Positions 28,340 to 30,534 of a stretch of 30,534 nt of DNA are shown here, one piece after another. This stretch comes from a virus (Duplodnaviria; Caudoviricetes), in the IMG/VR virus record IMGVR_UViG_3300032305_001926, positions 1-30,534 of that record; one strand, written 5' to 3'. Position 1 is the first letter of the stretch. Each line of letters begins with the position of its first letter. The position numbers were made by a program, and so were the translations under genes. Below the pieces are notes generated by a model. It was given only the letters and a program-made list of their open reading frames with translations. It was not told the origin of the DNA and searched no databases.

Positions 28340-28816
28340 TTATAAAAATTGTGCTAGATTTGGTCTAAAATATGAAATACTTTTGAGCACCTTTCTATCT
28401 CTAGTACGATACACAATCCAGTAATCACCTACTTTTTCATAATGACAATCTGCGCCTTGTTCTATACTTCTTATTTTTACAGTTTCAATTGCTTCTTCTT
28501 CAGTTTTACAAGCTTTAGACATATTTGAAGCCTGTACTTCTTGATACGCGGGTAAAATTTTGTTTTTTAAACCATGTAACATAGCTCCATTACCTAATGA
28601 AACATATGTAATATCACATAATGCATCTAATACTTCAACAATATTACCAGTTTCACAAGCGTGTTTATATTCTTCAAGTTCCTCTAAAATAAAATTATAT
28701 ACAAACATCCATTCCTTTTCACTAGGAATTGTAGGTACATAATTATTAGGCTTACCCATAGTTTCATTAAATGTTTCTACTTCAGAAACAAATGGTACAT
28801 ATTTATTTTCTTCCAT
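28340..28816 (-). CDS. MazG-like / PRA-PH superfamily NTP pyrophosphohydrolase
   Basis: V..F...M, ILEELEEY, EVLDALCDI.YV..G, EVQ.SNMSK, R.D.KVLKS..Y..PNL. Confidence 0.85.
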   Translation of the reverse strand: MEENKYVPFVSEVETFNETMGKPNNYVPTIPSEKEWMFVYNFILEELEEYKHACETGNIVEVLDALCDITYVSLGNGAMLHGLKNKILPAYQEVQASNMSKACKTEEEAIETVKIRSIEQGADCHYEKVGDYWIVYRTRDRKVLKSISYFRPNLAQFL

Positions 28817-29541
28817 TATCTATAACCCTCCATATTTAATTTAATCATATCCATTACTTCTTGTTTTGCAGTTCTAGTATGATCTGCAAAAACACCACTT
28901 ACTTCACTAGTAATCATTGAGGCACCAAAATGTTTAACACCACGACAACTTACACAATTATGAAATGAATGTATTACAACCATTACACCTTGATTACCTT
29001 CACATATTTGATCTACTGCGTTATGAATTGCTACTGTAAGTTGTTCTTGGATAGCACCTCTACGAGCAAAATGTTCAGCAATACGATTCAATTTAGATAA
29101 ACCGATAACTTTACCTTCAGCACCTGAAACATATGCAATATGTACTTTACCTAATATTGCTTGATGATGATGTGAACACATACTAACAATTGGAATATCT
29201 CTTTCTAAGATAATACCTTTATAACCATCACTAGGAAATGCTGTAATTTCAGATGGTAATTCATATCTACCTTTCCATAAATCATTAACATATGCTTTAG
29301 CTACACGTCTTGGAGTATCCATACTGTTTGGATCATCTTTCCAATTAACACCTAATGCATCTAAAAACTGTCCATAAGCTTCTGTTGCTTGATCAATAAT
29401 AATACTCTTTTCATCATTATTTAGAGAACGATGTTCTCCTGCTTTAATTAAAGCATCTAATTGTGTTGAAATACCATTTGCAAAACCTGCACCTGCTGTT
29501 TCTAACTTTTCAATGTCTACAACTGTTTTTCTTTTATTCAT
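28816..29541 (-). CDS. folE: GTP cyclohydrolase I
   Basis: DTPRRVAKAY, SMCSHH, G..HIAY, VIGLSKLNR, R...QEQLT, H.CV.CRGVK, TS...GVF. Confidence 0.95.
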   Translation of the reverse strand: MNKRKTVVDIEKLETAGAGFANGISTQLDALIKAGEHRSLNNDEKSIIIDQATEAYGQFLDALGVNWKDDPNSMDTPRRVAKAYVNDLWKGRYELPSEITAFPSDGYKGIILERDIPIVSMCSHHHQAILGKVHIAYVSGAEGKVIGLSKLNRIAEHFARRGAIQEQLTVAIHNAVDQICEGNQGVMVVIHSFHNCVSCRGVKHFGASMITSEVSGVFADHTRTAKQEVMDMIKLNMEGYR

Positions 29542-29566
29542 TATAACTTAATTTTATTCTATAAAT

Positions 29567-30091
29567 TTAATCAATCTCTAGCTCAAGACCAAATATAAGA
29601 TCTTTATTTCTCATTAAACCTTTAGGTCCATCTAAACCATATCCACATAACCATGCTTCATTAATTAATTCTATACCATATAAACAGCCTTCAATGTTAC
29701 TTGACCATTTTTTAAATAATACTACTGGAGTGATAGAAGCTGGGGCAAGACGTTTATTAGTATTATAGTGTTTAATAATATATCTTAAAGTATTACCTGA
29801 ATCTAAAATATCATCTATCAAATAAACATGTTTGCCAGCTATATCTAATTCAATTTCTTTAGTTATAACTATTTCAGTTTGTAGTTGATCATTATATGAT
29901 TTAGCTCTCATAAAATCAATTTCACAATCAATATTTATTGCTTTAACTAAATCAGTAAAAAACATAAACGCTCCATTTAACACACATATCATTACAGGTG
30001 GGTTTGGATCATTATAATGTTTATTATAAATTTCTGTTGCTATTTTATTTACAGCGGTTTGAATTTGTTCTTTATTATATAAGATTTTCAT
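29567..30091 (-). CDS. hpt: hypoxanthine/guanine phosphoribosyltransferase-like (type I PRTase)
   Basis: ICVLNGAFMFFTDL, DFM..KSY, PRPP-binding VYLIDDILDSGNTL, GYGLD, R. Confidence 0.85.
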   Translation of the reverse strand: MKILYNKEQIQTAVNKIATEIYNKHYNDPNPPVMICVLNGAFMFFTDLVKAINIDCEIDFMRAKSYNDQLQTEIVITKEIELDIAGKHVYLIDDILDSGNTLRYIIKHYNTNKRLAPASITPVVLFKKWSSNIEGCLYGIELINEAWLCGYGLDGPKGLMRNKDLIFGLELEID

Positions 30092-30323
30092 TTATAACTT
30101 GTTTTATTTGTTTAGAACCTTCATATTTAACCATAGATTTAGTTTCTGAGTTTATTATGGCTATAGTTGGAGTGTACATTATGTTTAGTTTGTCTGCTAA
30201 TGTATCACGTTCATTAATATTAATATGGTCTATTTTATTAGTTTTAGATAATTTATCTATAAATGGTTTAATTTCATTACAAGGACCACAACTGTTTTTG
30301 TAAAAATATAATATGTGTTTCAT
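30075..30323 (-). CDS. thioredoxin
   Basis: YFY..SCGPC..IKP and cis-Pro motif YTPT; start ATG 30323 just after the upstream stop. Confidence 0.85.
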   Translation of the reverse strand: MKHILYFYKNSCGPCNEIKPFIDKLSKTNKIDHININERDTLADKLNIMYTPTIAIINSETKSMVKYEGSKQIKQVINENLI

Positions 30324-30324
30324 A

Positions 30325-30534
30325 TTAATAAATATCAATAGGTTTTATTATTACTTCTGCTTCTGTTTCTATTACTACTCTTGCTCCACATCTTAATAAA
30401 GGTTTAGCATCACACCCAGCCCCACCATATATAACTTTACTAGGACCTAATATTTCAACTTCATTACAGTAGGTATTTTTCTTACCTTGTTTAACTGTAA
30501 TAACGGGTAAGTCGGTACCTTTGGCTTTATTAGA
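30325..30534 (-). CDS. phage hypothetical protein, 3' part only (runs off the right edge)
   Basis: Manual translation ...SNKAKGTDLPVITVKQGKKNTYCNEVEILGPSKVIYGGAGCDAKPLLRCGARVVIETEAEVIIKPIDIY*. Confidence 0.7.
   Translation of the reverse strand, partial: SNKAKGTDLPVITVKQGKKNTYCNEVEILGPSKVIYGGAGCDAKPLLRCGARVVIETEAEVIIKPIDIY

Overview
Very AT-rich (roughly 25% GC by eye), densely coding window with essentially every real gene on the minus strand. It reads as part of a large dsDNA (jumbo/huge-type) bacteriophage with T4-like replication genes. The host is probably a Bacteroidetes, inferred from promoter architecture and SD-less translation starts. In transcription order (right to left): thioredoxin, HPRT-type phosphoribosyltransferase, GTP cyclohydrolase I (folE), MazG-like NTP pyrophosphohydrolase, DXD glycosyltransferase; a terminator-bounded Ser/Thr/Asn-rich fibre gene with ATN repeats; family-B DNA polymerase, sliding clamp, groES-groEL, clamp-loader subunits, a second MazG-like protein, a PD-(D/E)XK Fe-S nuclease and a free-standing GIY-YIG endonuclease; a ~10 kb island of glycosyltransferases and SAM methyltransferases containing a deletion scar; then small regulatory and hypothetical genes. 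Nine copies of a TTG(G)-N19-TATATT(T/A)A promoter motif were found by eye. No tRNA, rRNA or CRISPR array was seen. All functional calls come from motif recognition; no database search was run.
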